64,000 nt of DNA from assembly GCA_034226945.1 (NCBI GenBank), contig CP120460.1, positions 1 to 64,000 on the forward strand, given 5' to 3'. This DNA comes from Picochlorum sp. SENEW3. Lineage: Eukaryota. Each line of letters starts with the position of its first letter. The first letter of the stretch is position 1. This document shows positions 35,456 to 48,439 of this stretch, piece after piece. The notes under the pieces were generated by a model. The model made no database searches and had not been told where the DNA came from. It worked only from the letters and a program-made list of their open reading frames with translations. A program made the translations under genes and the position numbers.

Positions 35456-36529
35456 ATGTTTGATCTTGTGGTGAAGAAGCACGGTTGCGCTTCTGTTGGA
35501 GCTTGCAGCGCCCTTGGCCCAACGTCGGGTCGCAGCTTTCCTCGCAAAGTACTCTCTGCATCGAAAAAAGTGAAATGCATTGTTAGAGGCTCCGTAAAGC
35601 CTGAGGCTGTGAGCAAGGCAGAAACAACGGTAGAGAAAGAAATTCGCCCAGGAGTCACGGAGGGAGTGTGGAAGTGGCGAGAATATGACATACGATACCA
35701 GAAAAGTGGAACAAGTGGACCTGCGATTGTAGCTGTGCACGGCTTCGGGGGAAATTGCGATCACTGGAGACGAAACATTGACGAACTTGGCAAGAGACAC
35801 AGAGTTTTCACTCTGGACTTGCTCGGGTATGGATTCAGCAGCAAACCGGATCCACGAGATTCTCCGGTCAATAGCATATATAATTTTGACGTCTGGTCTG
35901 ATCAGGTGATCGATTTTATGGATCAAGTCATTGGAGGACAGGAAAAGGTCTTCATCACGAGCAACTCTGTAGGAGGCATTGTTGCACTGGAGACTGCCAT
36001 CAAAGCTCCTGAGAAGGTGACATCGGTGCAGGTGATTAATGTGAGCTTGAGAATGCTGCATTCAGAAAAGCAAGCTGTATTGGCCCGGCCGTTCATTCAG
36101 ATGCTGCAGAAAACACTCCGCACCTCGTTGCTGGGCCCGCTCTTCTTCAAGCAGATTGCCACGGAGCAAGGCGTTCGTAATGTCTTACGGCAGTGTTATG
36201 GAGATGAATTGTCTGTTACAGATGAGTTAGTGAACTGTATCCTGAAGCCTGGCCTGGAGGATGGGGCCGTCCATGTTTTTCTCGACTTCATATCATACTC
36301 GAGTGGCCCGTTGCCAGAGCTGCAGCTTCAACAGTGTCCAGTTCCTGTCAGTATTCTTTGGGGCGAAGCAGATCCATGGGAAAAAATTGAATGGGGCAAA
36401 AGTTTTGAGACATATGAGTGCGTAGAGGAATTTGTGGCGCTCCCTGGAGTGGGGCATTGTCCCCAGGATGAAAGCCCCGAACTGGTGAATCCACTGATCG
36501 AAAAATGGGTCGCCAGGCATTCTGGATAA
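35456..36529 (+). CDS. Alpha/beta hydrolase (pheophytinase-like family), probably plastid
   Basis: Motifs VHGFGG, DLLGYGFS, SNSVGG, WGEADPW and GHCPQDE. Confidence 0.88.
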   Translation: MFDLVVKKHGCASVGACSALGPTSGRSFPRKVLSASKKVKCIVRGSVKPEAVSKAETTVEKEIRPGVTEGVWKWREYDIRYQKSGTSGPAIVAVHGFGGNCDHWRRNIDELGKRHRVFTLDLLGYGFSSKPDPRDSPVNSIYNFDVWSDQVIDFMDQVIGGQEKVFITSNSVGGIVALETAIKAPEKVTSVQVINVSLRMLHSEKQAVLARPFIQMLQKTLRTSLLGPLFFKQIATEQGVRNVLRQCYGDELSVTDELVNCILKPGLEDGAVHVFLDFISYSSGPLPELQLQQCPVPVSILWGEADPWEKIEWGKSFETYECVEEFVALPGVGHCPQDESPELVNPLIEKWVARHSG

Positions 36530-36626
36530 ACTCATAGATGCTGCTGCTGATTAAAACGATCGAATTCATTTTCAATTTTACGTTTGTATTTATTTTGTTT
36601 GATGCTCACATTCACAAGCACCATAA

Positions 36627-37706
36627 TCAAGGAGCATTCAAATCTGGGGTGATTGTTCCTCGCCTGTCCTGGCCACAGTTCACAATGACGACTTCTTCTT
36701 CTGCAGTAGCTGTGTTGTCAGGTTTTCCGATGGAAAGGTTGTTAATGGCGTCGATAACATCAAACCCTTGTACGACTTGGCCGAATATTGTGTAATGTCC
36801 ATCAAGGTGGGGAGATGGCCCCATCATGATGGAAAAGTGCGCAGTGTTCGTATTCGGGCCCATGTTTGCCATCGACAGGAGTCCCTTATGTACGTGTTTG
36901 AGTTTGAGACCTCCAGCATCGTCTTTGAATTCCCCACCATAGACAGAAGGGACGTCAATGCCGGCCTGGTCAATGAACTTGTGTATGATCCTGTAAAATT
37001 TTGCCCCCCGAAAATGGAAAGGCTTGCCTTCGCCCTCCTTTCCCTTAGGAACCACTCCAGCTTCTCCGGTAACGAGCTGTCTAAAGTTTTCTGCGCTTCT
37101 GGGACTAACGTCAGTGAACAACACCATCTCAATGCGTCCCACCCTTTTCTTCTTGATTTCAATGTCGAACCACACGAGAGGGAGCCGCTTGTCATTTTTC
37201 AATTTGCTCAATCTCTTCCTTTCGGCATCAAGCTTTGCACTTCGTTCTCTCTCTGCGGCGGCCCTCTGTTCTGGAGCAACACAGGTGCCAGACACCCAAG
37301 GGACGTGTTCTCCGCGCTGCCGAACACCTGGTTGGACAGCATTCAACCTCGAGGCGTGTTTCAGCCAGCACTCTTGATATTCTCTGCCCCAGCCACATCC
37401 ATCTGCCGTAGCCCCTCCGCACCATACCCATACATTGCACGCTTCCTCCTTGTTGCACGCGTCTTGGCACTGCTGTGCAGAGTTGGTTTTGAAAGAGGAA
37501 CCGTCCCGCACCACCTGTCCATCGTATTCAGCATGCTCCTCGAGCTCACAGGAACGATATCTTAATATCGTGAGGAACCCTGGGGCGACATGCTCGATGG
37601 ACCTGTACCCAGTCCACACCAAGCCGACCAAGGCCAAAATAATACTGGCACGTAACACTGCCGGACTGGTGCGACTACCCTGCTTCAGAAGTCTATCTTT
37701 TTTCAT
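36627..37706 (-). CDS. Membrane-anchored cyclophilin with a PAN/apple-like Cys-rich domain
   Basis: N-terminal TM, CQDAC..CNVWVWC..ECWLK..WVSG, then SPRSAENFRQL, LLSMANMGPNTN and LDGHYTIFGQV. Confidence 0.85.
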   Translation of the reverse strand: MKKDRLLKQGSRTSPAVLRASIILALVGLVWTGYRSIEHVAPGFLTILRYRSCELEEHAEYDGQVVRDGSSFKTNSAQQCQDACNKEEACNVWVWCGGATADGCGWGREYQECWLKHASRLNAVQPGVRQRGEHVPWVSGTCVAPEQRAAAERERSAKLDAERKRLSKLKNDKRLPLVWFDIEIKKKRVGRIEMVLFTDVSPRSAENFRQLVTGEAGVVPKGKEGEGKPFHFRGAKFYRIIHKFIDQAGIDVPSVYGGEFKDDAGGLKLKHVHKGLLSMANMGPNTNTAHFSIMMGPSPHLDGHYTIFGQVVQGFDVIDAINNLSIGKPDNTATAEEEVVIVNCGQDRRGTITPDLNAP

Positions 37707-37890
37707 ATCGAAAATAAAGTGTACCCTGGCCCACTGCTGCGATATCATCCGGAAGCGTAAATTGTATCTTAAATTGTGGATGGATCCATTGCCATGCCAT
37801 GATGATGGACCGGCTGAAACATGCATCCGATCAAGTTGCGGCAACCGTAATCAGAATAAATACTCATTTCATTTGAAGAGGAAGATAGCC

Positions 37891-38756
37891 ATGCCCATCC
37901 ACATTGACGCCTACAGCGATGGTCATCTGAGCGAATACAGTTACACCGAAAGTTACGACACTGTGGATGAATTGCTGAAGCGTTTTACTCTGGACTATGT
38001 ACCTAAGTATTCACTGAAATTGAGGGACAGGTGGGCGAGATGTGTGCTGAGAGTATGGGGCTTACACAGAGACTGACCGCTTACGTTCTGGTTGTACAGG
38101 AAGGGTTCGCTGATCACTGGCGTGGACTTTAGTTGCAACTCTAGAGGGAATGACAGAGTCCTTTCGTTTGTGGTTCGTGTGTGGGTCCCATTGGCTGCTG
38201 GTAATGTCCTTGATGACCGTTGTTGCTATTATCTGTGCAGATCAAGCCTGCCAGCGCAGAGAAATGGTGGAGGCGGGTGAGGGTCACCCATACAGGGAAT
38301 ATTTCGTTGCGATCTAGAAAATTGACTTGGTGGGTCTTTGCACTCGATCTGCAAGGAGAAGTAAACCCCATCACGAGAGCAAAGGATGTATCATTTCGGG
38401 TGGCCACAGCGTGGGATGTGACTGGCGGCAGGTATCAGAACAAGAAAAAACTCAAGGTGACGGATGGTATCGAGGGGAGGGTGCACTGGAGTATAAACTA
38501 CGATTTGCCAGAGCTTTCTGGCCATTTTAGATCGAACGACGTGGATACAGTGAACGACATGAACGCCTCCTTGGGATATGCCCATGCAGAAATATCAAGA
38601 GTGGAACTCGCTGTATGGCCGAGGAACTTGAGCATACCCAAGACAATGTGGAAGCGCGACGTGCTCGAGGGATCGAGCAATCTAGATGAGAAGAGTGAAA
38701 GCGTTGAGGAAGAAAATATATTCAGCATGAAGAAATTCTTTAAGAAACTTGTTTAA
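37891..38756 (+). CDS. Hypothetical beta-rich protein (3 exons)
   Basis: GT-AG introns at about 38031-38099 and 38178-38240 join MPIHIDAYSDG... to the 38220 ORF. No family recognised. Confidence 0.5.
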
Positions 38757-38768
38757 GAGACGCATCAA

Positions 38769-39574
38769 TCATCGCCGCCTTGGCGGACTTCGCCCCCTAC
38801 TCGTACTCCTGCTGCTGTAACTTCTACTACTGTAGCTACTATAACTTCTGCTACTGTATGGAGAGCGAGAATACGACCTTGATCTCCTTGGGCTTCTGCT
38901 CCTGCTGCTATATGGAGAGCGAGAATATGACCGTGATCTCCTGGGACTCCTGCTCCGTCCTCTAGAAACTGGTGATCTCGTCGAATACCTCTTTTTACGT
39001 CCCCGATCGCTGCGGTATACGGATGGACTGTAACTTTTCCGCCTCCTGCCAACTGGGGATGGACTGTAACTTCTCCGTCTCCTACCAACTGGGGATGGAC
39101 TCTTTCTCCGCCTAGTCATCGGAGACCGAGACCTCAACTTCTTCTTGGTATTGGCTCGTCCCGCATTCCTTCTGTAAATAACAGAGACTTGAGCCCCATC
39201 TATCTGGCCCTCGTGCATGTACTCCTTGGCCAACCTCCCATGCTCCTCACTCTTGTAGGAAATGTCCGCAAACCCACGCGGAAGATGAACCTTGTCATCA
39301 ACAGCAAATTCAACTCTCTCCAAAGGGCCAAATGTACCCATGATTTCCTTGACGTGCTCTGCTGTAACATTTCGAGTCAGTCCTCGAATACGAAGCTCCG
39401 TGTCCCCCAGTCTCTCAGCCTTTGGAGACTCGCGCGGCGATCTACTCCTACATAAATACGTAATGATAATGGTAGCATCGAAAGATTCAATCGAAGCAGG
39501 AGGGCAAGGAAATAAATTCAAAAACCATCCACGGTGTCGTACCGACTCCTATGTGGACCTGATCCTTCACTCAT
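38769..39574 (-). CDS. SR45: SR45/RNPS1-like RRM plus RS-domain splicing factor (2 exons)
   Basis: LTRNVTAEHVKEIMGTFG, LPRGFA and MHEGQIDG, followed by a long RS tail. Intron 39542-39448. Confidence 0.88.
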
Positions 39575-39839
39575 CTTGATGTCAGATTCTAAATTCTTAT
39601 GATTAAAAAATAATAATAGATAACCAGCCTGCCGTATCAGGTCGCCATCAAGGGGGATGCTCGTCAATGAACTGGACTCGAGTCCATCGGATGGGTCTGC
39701 GGCAGAGGATTCCACCAAAATCATTCATGACAATTGGTCAGCATTGGATTGGATTAGATTATGTTGTTCTTAAAAAATTCTGACAAGAGAAAGTGTGAGA
39801 TATAGACAGCGTTCTCCTGCACCTGCCAAAAGGGATGCT

Positions 39840-40286
39840 ATGACCAGACTAGGCAGCGTGGTCCCCAGGGGGCTGGTTAGAAGCGACAAGATATGGGTAG
39901 GGTATAGAGATATGTATTCTCGGGCGAAAGTTCCAGCTGAGAAAATAGGTGGTCAAACACCATCAAGGCGGTGCAGGGCAACCTCAAACGAAGATGATGC
40001 AAAGATGGAAATATACTTTGTTGAATCGGACGTTCTGACACATGCAAAACCTGGCTCTTTGTTGTGCGAAGTTGCCGAAGATGCTGGGGTGAACGTGAGT
40101 CTTGGGTGTGGAAGTGGTCAGTGCGGTATGTGCGAGATGGAGGTCAAGAAATACAGCACAGATGACAAGGAGGATTCTGTCGGGGTTGTTGTCAGGACTT
40201 GCATCACACCAGTGCCGAAGTGCACAGACTACAAGCGGCTGGAAGTATCAGAATTTGTAGATGTTATATGGGGATACAACGGATGA
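39840..40286 (+). CDS. 2Fe-2S ferredoxin-like protein
   Basis: CGSGQCGMC...RTC ligands; transit-peptide-like N-terminus. Confidence 0.85.
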   Translation: MTRLGSVVPRGLVRSDKIWVGYRDMYSRAKVPAEKIGGQTPSRRCRATSNEDDAKMEIYFVESDVLTHAKPGSLLCEVAEDAGVNVSLGCGSGQCGMCEMEVKKYSTDDKEDSVGVVVRTCITPVPKCTDYKRLEVSEFVDVIWGYNG

Positions 40287-40301
40287 CAAGAGAATGTAAA
40301 T

Positions 40302-41084
40302 TTATGGATTTACTCGGAGAGCAGGCTTCCAGGCCACTGCTGTTCCATGCCTGCTCTCTATTATGTCAGTGGGGTTTGCCAGACCGTCAGCGCGAGCATG
40401 CACCCGCCTCTCGTTGGTTTTCAAGTTCAAATGATCCACGTGCGTGACATACACACAGCACAGGCAGAAGTGTGGAGCCACAGGGGCATCCTTCTGTGGG
40501 TGGTCCTTGGTGTCGTACTGGCTCTCATCCTGCCCAGTCCTTGGGACACCTGGCGTGGGCCACAAAAATTGCTGCCTTCCCGGGTCACTCATATTCTTCC
40601 AGGATATTTCTCTCGCTTTCACGAGGTCCGGATCGCTCTCCTCTCCCACCACCTGGATAACTCCTTTCAACCGATACTGCTCTCGTGTGGCTGGAAAGTA
40701 CCATGCAATCTCTACGAATGGGCAATGTGCCACCTGTTCAACTTTATCACTCCGTCGATCTGTGACGAATGTGATTATACTGTCATTGACAGCCCCTCCC
40801 TGGGGGAAAAAGCCCCTATACACGACTGTTCTATTACAGGGTTTGCCACTCGAGTCCACGGTCGCAAGTTGAAAATACCTGGACTCCCTGGACTTTTCGT
40901 TCTTTTTCAGGGAGATTTTAAGATCTGTATACCACGATGCTGATGCCGATGGCGGATTGCTGTTCTCCCTTGAGGAAGTTGGCGCTGAGTGACTCATGGC
41001 AGCAAAGCGGAATGTGCGTCCAACAGATGTAGGGCAATCCGGCGGTGATGGCAGATATCGAGCACCTTGACACAATCTAAACAT
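40302..41084 (-). CDS. Pyridoxamine 5'-phosphate oxidase-like FMN-binding protein
   Basis: QLATVD..GKPCNRTVVYRGF, TDRRSDKV, WYFPATREQYRLKG and VDHLNL. Confidence 0.88.
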   Translation of the reverse strand: MFRLCQGARYLPSPPDCPTSVGRTFRFAAMSHSAPTSSRENSNPPSASASWYTDLKISLKKNEKSRESRYFQLATVDSSGKPCNRTVVYRGFFPQGGAVNDSIITFVTDRRSDKVEQVAHCPFVEIAWYFPATREQYRLKGVIQVVGEESDPDLVKAREISWKNMSDPGRQQFLWPTPGVPRTGQDESQYDTKDHPQKDAPVAPHFCLCCVYVTHVDHLNLKTNERRVHARADGLANPTDIIESRHGTAVAWKPALRVNP

Positions 41085-41294
41085 GCTACTGTACCTACAT
41101 GTATACTAACAATTCGGAATACACTTGCTGAATACCAGAGAGAGATACAGGAAGAGATCCTACATGCAGGCGGAGATGCGTCTTGAGATCTCGAGATACC
41201 AAGGAATGCGTTACAAAGGGATGTCTCGATTCATTCATACTGGTGTTAAAATACTACAAGCAAGTGGTCTCAGGTGGAGTAGATATAGGCAGAA

Positions 41295-42557
41295 ATGTCG
41301 CTGCACAGCTGTGCAGCCTGCAGGCCGCGTGCAACCCTACAATCTCTGGGTTGTCTGACCAAACCCTCAAAGCCCGGGGGTACTGAGGGAGTTTTTTTGG
41401 TTGGAGGAGACATAAAATTGCTTGGAAAGCACCAGTATGGGTCTGATGGCTTCGTTCGGCGTTTGGCGATCGGCCAAGGACGTGCTCGACAGTTTGCCCC
41501 CGTGCGCGCCCTTTCATCGGCGCGGGAGACTGTGAAAGATATAGCAAAGGAGTTTTCTAGCTTGATAGACTCGGCAGCAGAGGATATGAAAGTCTTGCAG
41601 GACACCAAACAGTCTCTAGTGGCACAACAAACAGCGGCGCCCAAATGGTGGGAACGGGTTGCGTCTTCCCGAGTGAGAGGTCTTGTTATGCTGAATTTGC
41701 TAGTGCTTTTATGTGGAACAAACTGGGTAGTCGTGAAAGACGCAGGAGCAACCTTTGACCCGTATTTGTTTGCCTCTCTGCGGTTTTTGGTGGCGTCACT
41801 TGTCTTCGCCCCTGGCCTGTTGTCAGCTGTCAAGAATGAGACGGTACTTAAAGGTGGAGTTGAGGTTGGAATCTACACCGCCATGGGGTATCTGCTTCAG
41901 TCCGAGGGGCTCCTCACCACGGATGCATCCCGGGCATCCTTCCTGTCCACCTTCACAGTGCTCGTTGTCCCTTTCTTGGCAGGGTTGTCTGGCAGAGGAG
42001 TTAGACCGGTTACTTGGGCCTCATCTTTGGCCGCCCTCGTTGGAGTCTCATTGCTTGAACAGAATGGGTCTTCTCCACCGTGCCTGGGTGATATTTGGAG
42101 TGGTTTGAGTGCTGTTGCTTTCGGTGTTCAAATGTATCGAACCGAGCATTGGTCAAGGGTTCTCGGGAAAGACAATGCTTTTGCGCTAATGTCTGTCGTT
42201 TTGACAACGACAGCTTTACTCAGTACACTCGCGGCAGCTGTAACGCATCCAGGGGAGTCACTTCATCTCCTGGAAACACTCCTTGCCAACAGCACAGAGT
42301 CCATGGACATCCCCTGGAAAGAGGTCCTATATACAGGGTTTCTGACCACTGATGTCGTGCTTCTCATGGAAGTGGTGGCACTCAACGATGTGTCGTCGGT
42401 AGAAGCTGCCATCATATACACGTTGGAGCCGGTGATTGGTGCTGCGTTCGCCTTCATCTTTCTGCACGAAAGATGGGGGCCAATGGGTTGGGTTGGATCT
42501 GGCATCATCGTGGCCAGCTGTCTAGCATCTCAGCTACTTAATCAGGATACGGAATGA
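41295..42557 (+). CDS. EamA/DMT-family transporter, probably plastid envelope
   Basis: About 10 TM segments; ASRASFLSTFTVLVVP and AAIIYTLEPV...FLHE. Confidence 0.88.
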   Translation: MSLHSCAACRPRATLQSLGCLTKPSKPGGTEGVFLVGGDIKLLGKHQYGSDGFVRRLAIGQGRARQFAPVRALSSARETVKDIAKEFSSLIDSAAEDMKVLQDTKQSLVAQQTAAPKWWERVASSRVRGLVMLNLLVLLCGTNWVVVKDAGATFDPYLFASLRFLVASLVFAPGLLSAVKNETVLKGGVEVGIYTAMGYLLQSEGLLTTDASRASFLSTFTVLVVPFLAGLSGRGVRPVTWASSLAALVGVSLLEQNGSSPPCLGDIWSGLSAVAFGVQMYRTEHWSRVLGKDNAFALMSVVLTTTALLSTLAAAVTHPGESLHLLETLLANSTESMDIPWKEVLYTGFLTTDVVLLMEVVALNDVSSVEAAIIYTLEPVIGAAFAFIFLHERWGPMGWVGSGIIVASCLASQLLNQDTE

Positions 42558-42790
42558 AAGATGACCAATTCTTCATCCATGGATGGCCATGGATGTCTGA
42601 ATGAATGAACGAATGGAAAAGCTGATTCACGCTCATACCAACAACAAATGGTCGCATCGGTGTAGTAGAAATAATAACTATTAAGAATTTTTTTGCAAGA
42701 TTGAATGAATTGTAACTGCTCATGAGAGTCTAAGGAAGGGAAACGACAACACGTGTAAGACAGCTGTCCCTGTAGCTACAGAGCATAGAT

Positions 42791-43452
42791 ATGGAGTCCA
42801 TTGTACGCCGTTCTAAATTGATACTTTTGTTGTAATTGTGATTGCCACGTGTCAGATCTAATGATGCGGTTGAGTACAGAATTCTGAAATCTTGACTCTC
42901 ACGTACGGTGGCATCGTCAGGCAACTCGTTGCAGACCACGAAAATGTCGGTGAAGTCAACACACAGTTGAAAAAAATGTACGATTGATGCATGGTCCTGG
43001 GGTTCATCGTACGTGAACCTTGACCCTCCACGTACTTGCTGTGCAGGGGGAGAAACGTTGGGACTCGTCTGATTGATGAGTATTTGGCCGCGACGAAGAC
43101 GACTTCGTGTTCTAACTTTCAGGAGACAGCCGACAAGATAGCTACAGTGGGAATGAAAATGTTTCTGAATGCAACAGCTTCTGTCTCTGATTGGAATGCG
43201 GAAGGGACAGCTTGCACTATTGTGATTCAAGGAAATCCATTGACGGATTTCGTGCAGCTTCCCGATGATTTGCAGTCACTTCAGTACAACAATATCATCT
43301 GTGGTGTTATCGAAGGCGCTTTGGACATGATTAATATCCAGGTGGAATGTGAGTGCTCAAAGGATGCACTGCAGGGGGATCCATCAACAGAGCTTCGATT
43401 GGTGTTGATCGAGTCCCGAACCGAACAATATCCGTTCAAAGAGGATGAGTAA
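42791..43452 (+). CDS. BET3: TRAPP complex subunit BET3 (TRAPPC3), spliced
   Basis: NSEILTLTYGGIVRQL (exon from ~42880), GRNVGTRLIDEYLA, NPLTDFVQLP and YNNIICGVIEGAL. The start is approximate. Confidence 0.9.
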
Positions 43453-43501
43453 GTTCAACAATGATGAGTACACGTATAGCGAATTTCCTTTGTAATAAAC
43501 T

Positions 43502-44428
<927 letters not shown>

Positions 44429-44710
44429 TTAGTGGTCAAGAGATCAAGCGACAGTTTCCCCCGATATCCACGGCGGGGTTTGTCATACAAATCGATTGCG
44501 ATGTTATTTTATTTTGTTTTGCTCTGCCAGAAAATGGCACCAATATTCACAGTGATACCGCTGGGAAGAGGGCCCTGATGACGCATGTGCTAAACACCGA
44601 AATCTGCAGACCAGGGTTCTACTACTGTACTTTGTGCGCTGAGATGAATGATCATGTTACAAACAAAATGCAGAGTGATGAAAATAGTGGCATCCTTCAG
44701 GCAATGACCA

Positions 44711-45998
44711 TTACTTCTTCTCTGCAGGTGGGGCTGCTCCTGTTGTTGGGAGTCCAACATACACTTTGTAGGCGTCATAGATACCCCACTGGAGTCCAGT
44801 GAGAGTACCAATCATCACAATACGAAGAGGCAAACCTCTGGTAAAGAGAGCAACCCATCCCATTTCATTGACGATTTGTCCAGCAGACACGCCCTTGGTG
44901 GCGTTAAGTTTGGAAACAAGATTATCAGCAGGATGCGAGACAACAGCACAGAATACACCAGCAATATAACCGGCAGCAAAAGAAACCCCGAGCTGCTCTG
45001 TCTTTGAGCATTCAGCCTTTGGCTTTGGCACGACATATTTGTACAATGCCTGTACAACATTTTCAAACGCGCCAAACTTCATCATGGTGTACGGAATCTG
45101 GCGTCCCCACAATGGAGTCAATCCCTTGAACAGACCTCCAACACCTTCCTGGGACACAAACTTGGGGAAACCGTCGGTGAATCCCTTGGCATATCCTGGC
45201 ACGGTTTGTACCTTGACCTTGACAGCTTCAAATGGACAGAGAGCAATGTCAGCAAAGAACTCGGCAGATGCAGAACCTGCGAGGTAGATGAGGTTTTGGT
45301 ACCTCGCTGCCACCTCCTCTCCAGCCAGATCGCTGTATGTCTTCTTGAAGTACTCATACAGCCCAAACTTACCAGCTCCTTGGGCAGAGTATCCCAACAA
45401 TGTGGGGACCCATCCCCTGAAAAGTCCCCCCAAGCCTTGCGTGGAAGCCAGTCTTGAAAATCCTGCCCCAATGCCAGGGAAGTTTTTGGGATCAATCTGC
45501 ATGTTGCACTTGACCACATCCAGCGGGGTCACAGCAGTATGGGTCAAACCGCATGCCAAAATTCCTCCAACAACGCAGGCTTTGTAGTATTCCTGCATCA
45601 GCATGACGTGACACCGTTGAATATTCAGCGATCAACCCACATAACCTCGCAGTGTCAGGCGGAGCAGTCGTGGGCAAGATCACCAGCAATGGCTGACCTA
45701 AAGCCCTGGGACAGTGCCTCAATTACTCTTAGATTTAGCACATGACTCTTCAATATTAAATTTCAGGCGATAGCTACAGCCGATCTCATGATTGGAGGAA
45801 GACAGAATAGACCAGCCGCGAATCAGCACGTACCCCTGTGTATAACTGGATCTTTTGCTCAGTAGGAGCAAATGCCATTGGTCCTGATTTGCCAGCAGTA
45901 ATTTGGATCAGCGAGTCAGCAGATTGCCGTTCCTGTTTGGCTGTGAACGTGGCAGCCAGTGCTGTTGGCGAGTACAAACCCGAAGGCAAAAATGTCAT
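44711..45998 (-). CDS. Mitochondrial phosphate carrier (2 exons)
   Basis: CGLTHTAVTPLDVVKC, GYSAQGAGKFG, RQIPYTMMKF and MIGTLTGLQW. Intron 45833-45593. Confidence 0.95.
45650..45787 (-). ncRNA. Candidate intronic H/ACA snoRNA
   Basis: Lies within an unusually long (241-nt) intron. Layout on the host strand: hairpin, H box AGAGTA (45729-45724), strong hairpin (AGGC/GCCT, GGGC/GCCC, AGGTCA/TGATCT), then ACA (45655-45653). Confidence 0.5.
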
Positions 45999-46175
45999 AT
46001 TGAAGCCTCTCCTCACGCGCAAATTCCTCAAGTAAGAATATGAATAAATTTAATACTAGAAAGTAGGGTGGAGGTACGGGTTTAGATTTCAGATCATCAT
46101 GCCCGCGTCATCTGATCTGCCCTCCAGTAGCAATTTCGAAATTGATCTCAAGATCTGGTTTACATACCAATAGCG

Positions 46176-48439
46176 CTATGCAATATATCTATACAGATTC
46201 CTATCGTTTCCATCTCTTTCAATGTACTCTCGCTCAATCAGGCTCTCGATACGTCTCTTGATGAGGACTGGAGAGGGATTGAACCTGTGGGAGAGTTGGC
46301 GAGTGACCTCTGTGATGACGTCATTGTGCTGAAGAGCCTTTCTGGATTTCATCAACCTGACGATTGCCGCCTCGACTTGGGGCTTCCGGTCCTCTTCAAC
46401 CTTTTCTCTCGTTTCAATACGCTCAGAGTCATTTTCTCTCGTTGATGTACTCGTTCCAATCTTAATCTTGTACAGCTTTGAAGTGAATTTGTCATTCACA
46501 GAGAAAACGTCACTGGGCTGTATGTCTTTACTATCTGGAGATTTCTTGAGGATATTTTTTCCCTTGACAAATGTCATGCTTTGCATGACTCGTGTCAGCT
46601 CAGGATCTGGGATGCCCGTGGACTCGAGAATGTCCTTGTATGACAGACTCTCCGAGTCATTCAGCAACATCAGGACAACCATCTGATGGGTACTGCATGA
46701 TATCTCGTGCTTCTTCTTACCAAACTTTGCTCTTATTTCGGCAGTCCCCATTGCAGTCTGCCAGCTGAGTTTTCTACCAGAATGAGCACTATCATAGTAC
46801 TCCTTGAACAACTCGCAACAAGCATCAAGCTCCCTGGGCAAGTTGCAGGCACCCTGTTGTCCGTTCGCTGGCCAAGCTCCAGTCGTCAAGACTTGAACCG
46901 ATAAATCGACACCCAGAGGTGTGCTGTCGTGTTCTTCCATCCAGCTTTTGAACTCACTCATTGTCTCTGTGCTCGTTCTAATATCATTGAACATGCTTTC
47001 CAACTTGGCTGTGAACTGGTATCCACATTCAACCTTTAATTTGCCCAACAAGGATCTCTCTGCATCATCCGAGGAAGATTTTCCAGTCAAGAGTCTCTTT
47101 GCCAAATGTTGCTTGAAGTATTTCTCAAACATATCCTTTTCTGCAATGTATCTAAAGAGAATAATTGCATTTTCCAATGCCTCCTCTGTCTCTTCCTCTG
47201 TGGATCCTCGGGTTCCTTTGCGAAGCTTGGCATCCATGAAAAGTGAGATATACTCTGGGGATCTCGAGTTTTTATTCACAAAGTACTCAAAAGAGGCATT
47301 GACTGCATTGACAAAACTTTTGTCTGAATGCAGGCCCAATGTCAACATCTCATCACAATCTTTCCTCAGCTCCAGCAGTGATGACACAAACAGTGTTGCA
47401 TCATTTGTCTTTTGCGCATCCTCCACAATCTGCGTGCCCAACCCTCTCACATACTCTGCGATTGCATTCTTCAACACATTCTGGCATTTGACGCGAACGA
47501 ACAACTTGTACATGCGGCTCAGCGTCTCGTAATCCTTCTGCTCTAAAATTGTTATCGCTCCAGTAGGACTATTTATCAAGGTTTCTGAATGGCACGCTAC
47601 AATTCGATCCTCGACAACTTTTGATAGCTTTGGCCCTGATGTTGGATGAAGATATGCGACCACTCGGTCCATCTCTTCTTTCAGTCTCCTTTCTGCGTGG
47701 CACAAATACTCCGGGCAAGACATGGAATCGATCGATTCCGATGCTTCACGTTCATAGTAATTATTTGTTGCATCGAGGAATGGCATCTCAAAGTCCTTGA
47801 TGTACACTTCAGCCCCAAGGTCAATCAACATGACAATGACTGATCTGGTCAGCATGGTATCCGATATTTCTCCATTCCTCTCGCTCTCAATCATCGCTAG
47901 TATTGTATCTATCATTCGAGACAGAATTAGAGGTCTATTGATGACACACGTCCTCCACATTTCCAGCCCAAGCTCATGCACACTTTTAAACTGCCGCTGT
48001 TTTGCATTTGACTTGTCCAGGTGCATGAAGATTTCACGGATGATTGAGAAACTCTTCTTGTGCCTCTCATACTCATGCTGCAAAGATTTAAGCATCGCCT
48101 CGCCATTCAGTTGCTCAATCTTTTCTGCTATTGTATTGAGGTGTTCCTCAGTCGTCTTCTGCAGGCCACTGTACAGTCTCGGGCCGTACTTATTCACCAC
48201 CATATTGTATGCATTTCGATGTAGCTCTTCAAAGCTCAGTCCACTAGAATTGTCATTGTTTATCTCGTGTATGGCATTCTCTAAAAGCTGCCACGTCTTC
48301 TCAGGATACTCCGGATCGAGCTTGAGAGGGTGCCTGAATGGCTCAATCTTGAACTACACATGATATCCGCGAATGTCAGAGACAGAAGATGCTTTTTCCA
48401 ATCATAAAAGATACAAACCTTGGTCAATCGGCCAGACAT
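46176..48439 (-). CDS. CUL3: Cullin-3 (2 exons)
   Basis: MSGRLTK|FKIEPFRH, LSFEELHRNAYNMV, SPEYISLF, KQHLAKRLL, and the neddylation region EAAIVRLMKSRK. Confidence 0.96.

Noticed and set aside
38810..39100. Tandem nucleotide repeats
   Set aside because: They encode the RS/SP repeats of SR45.
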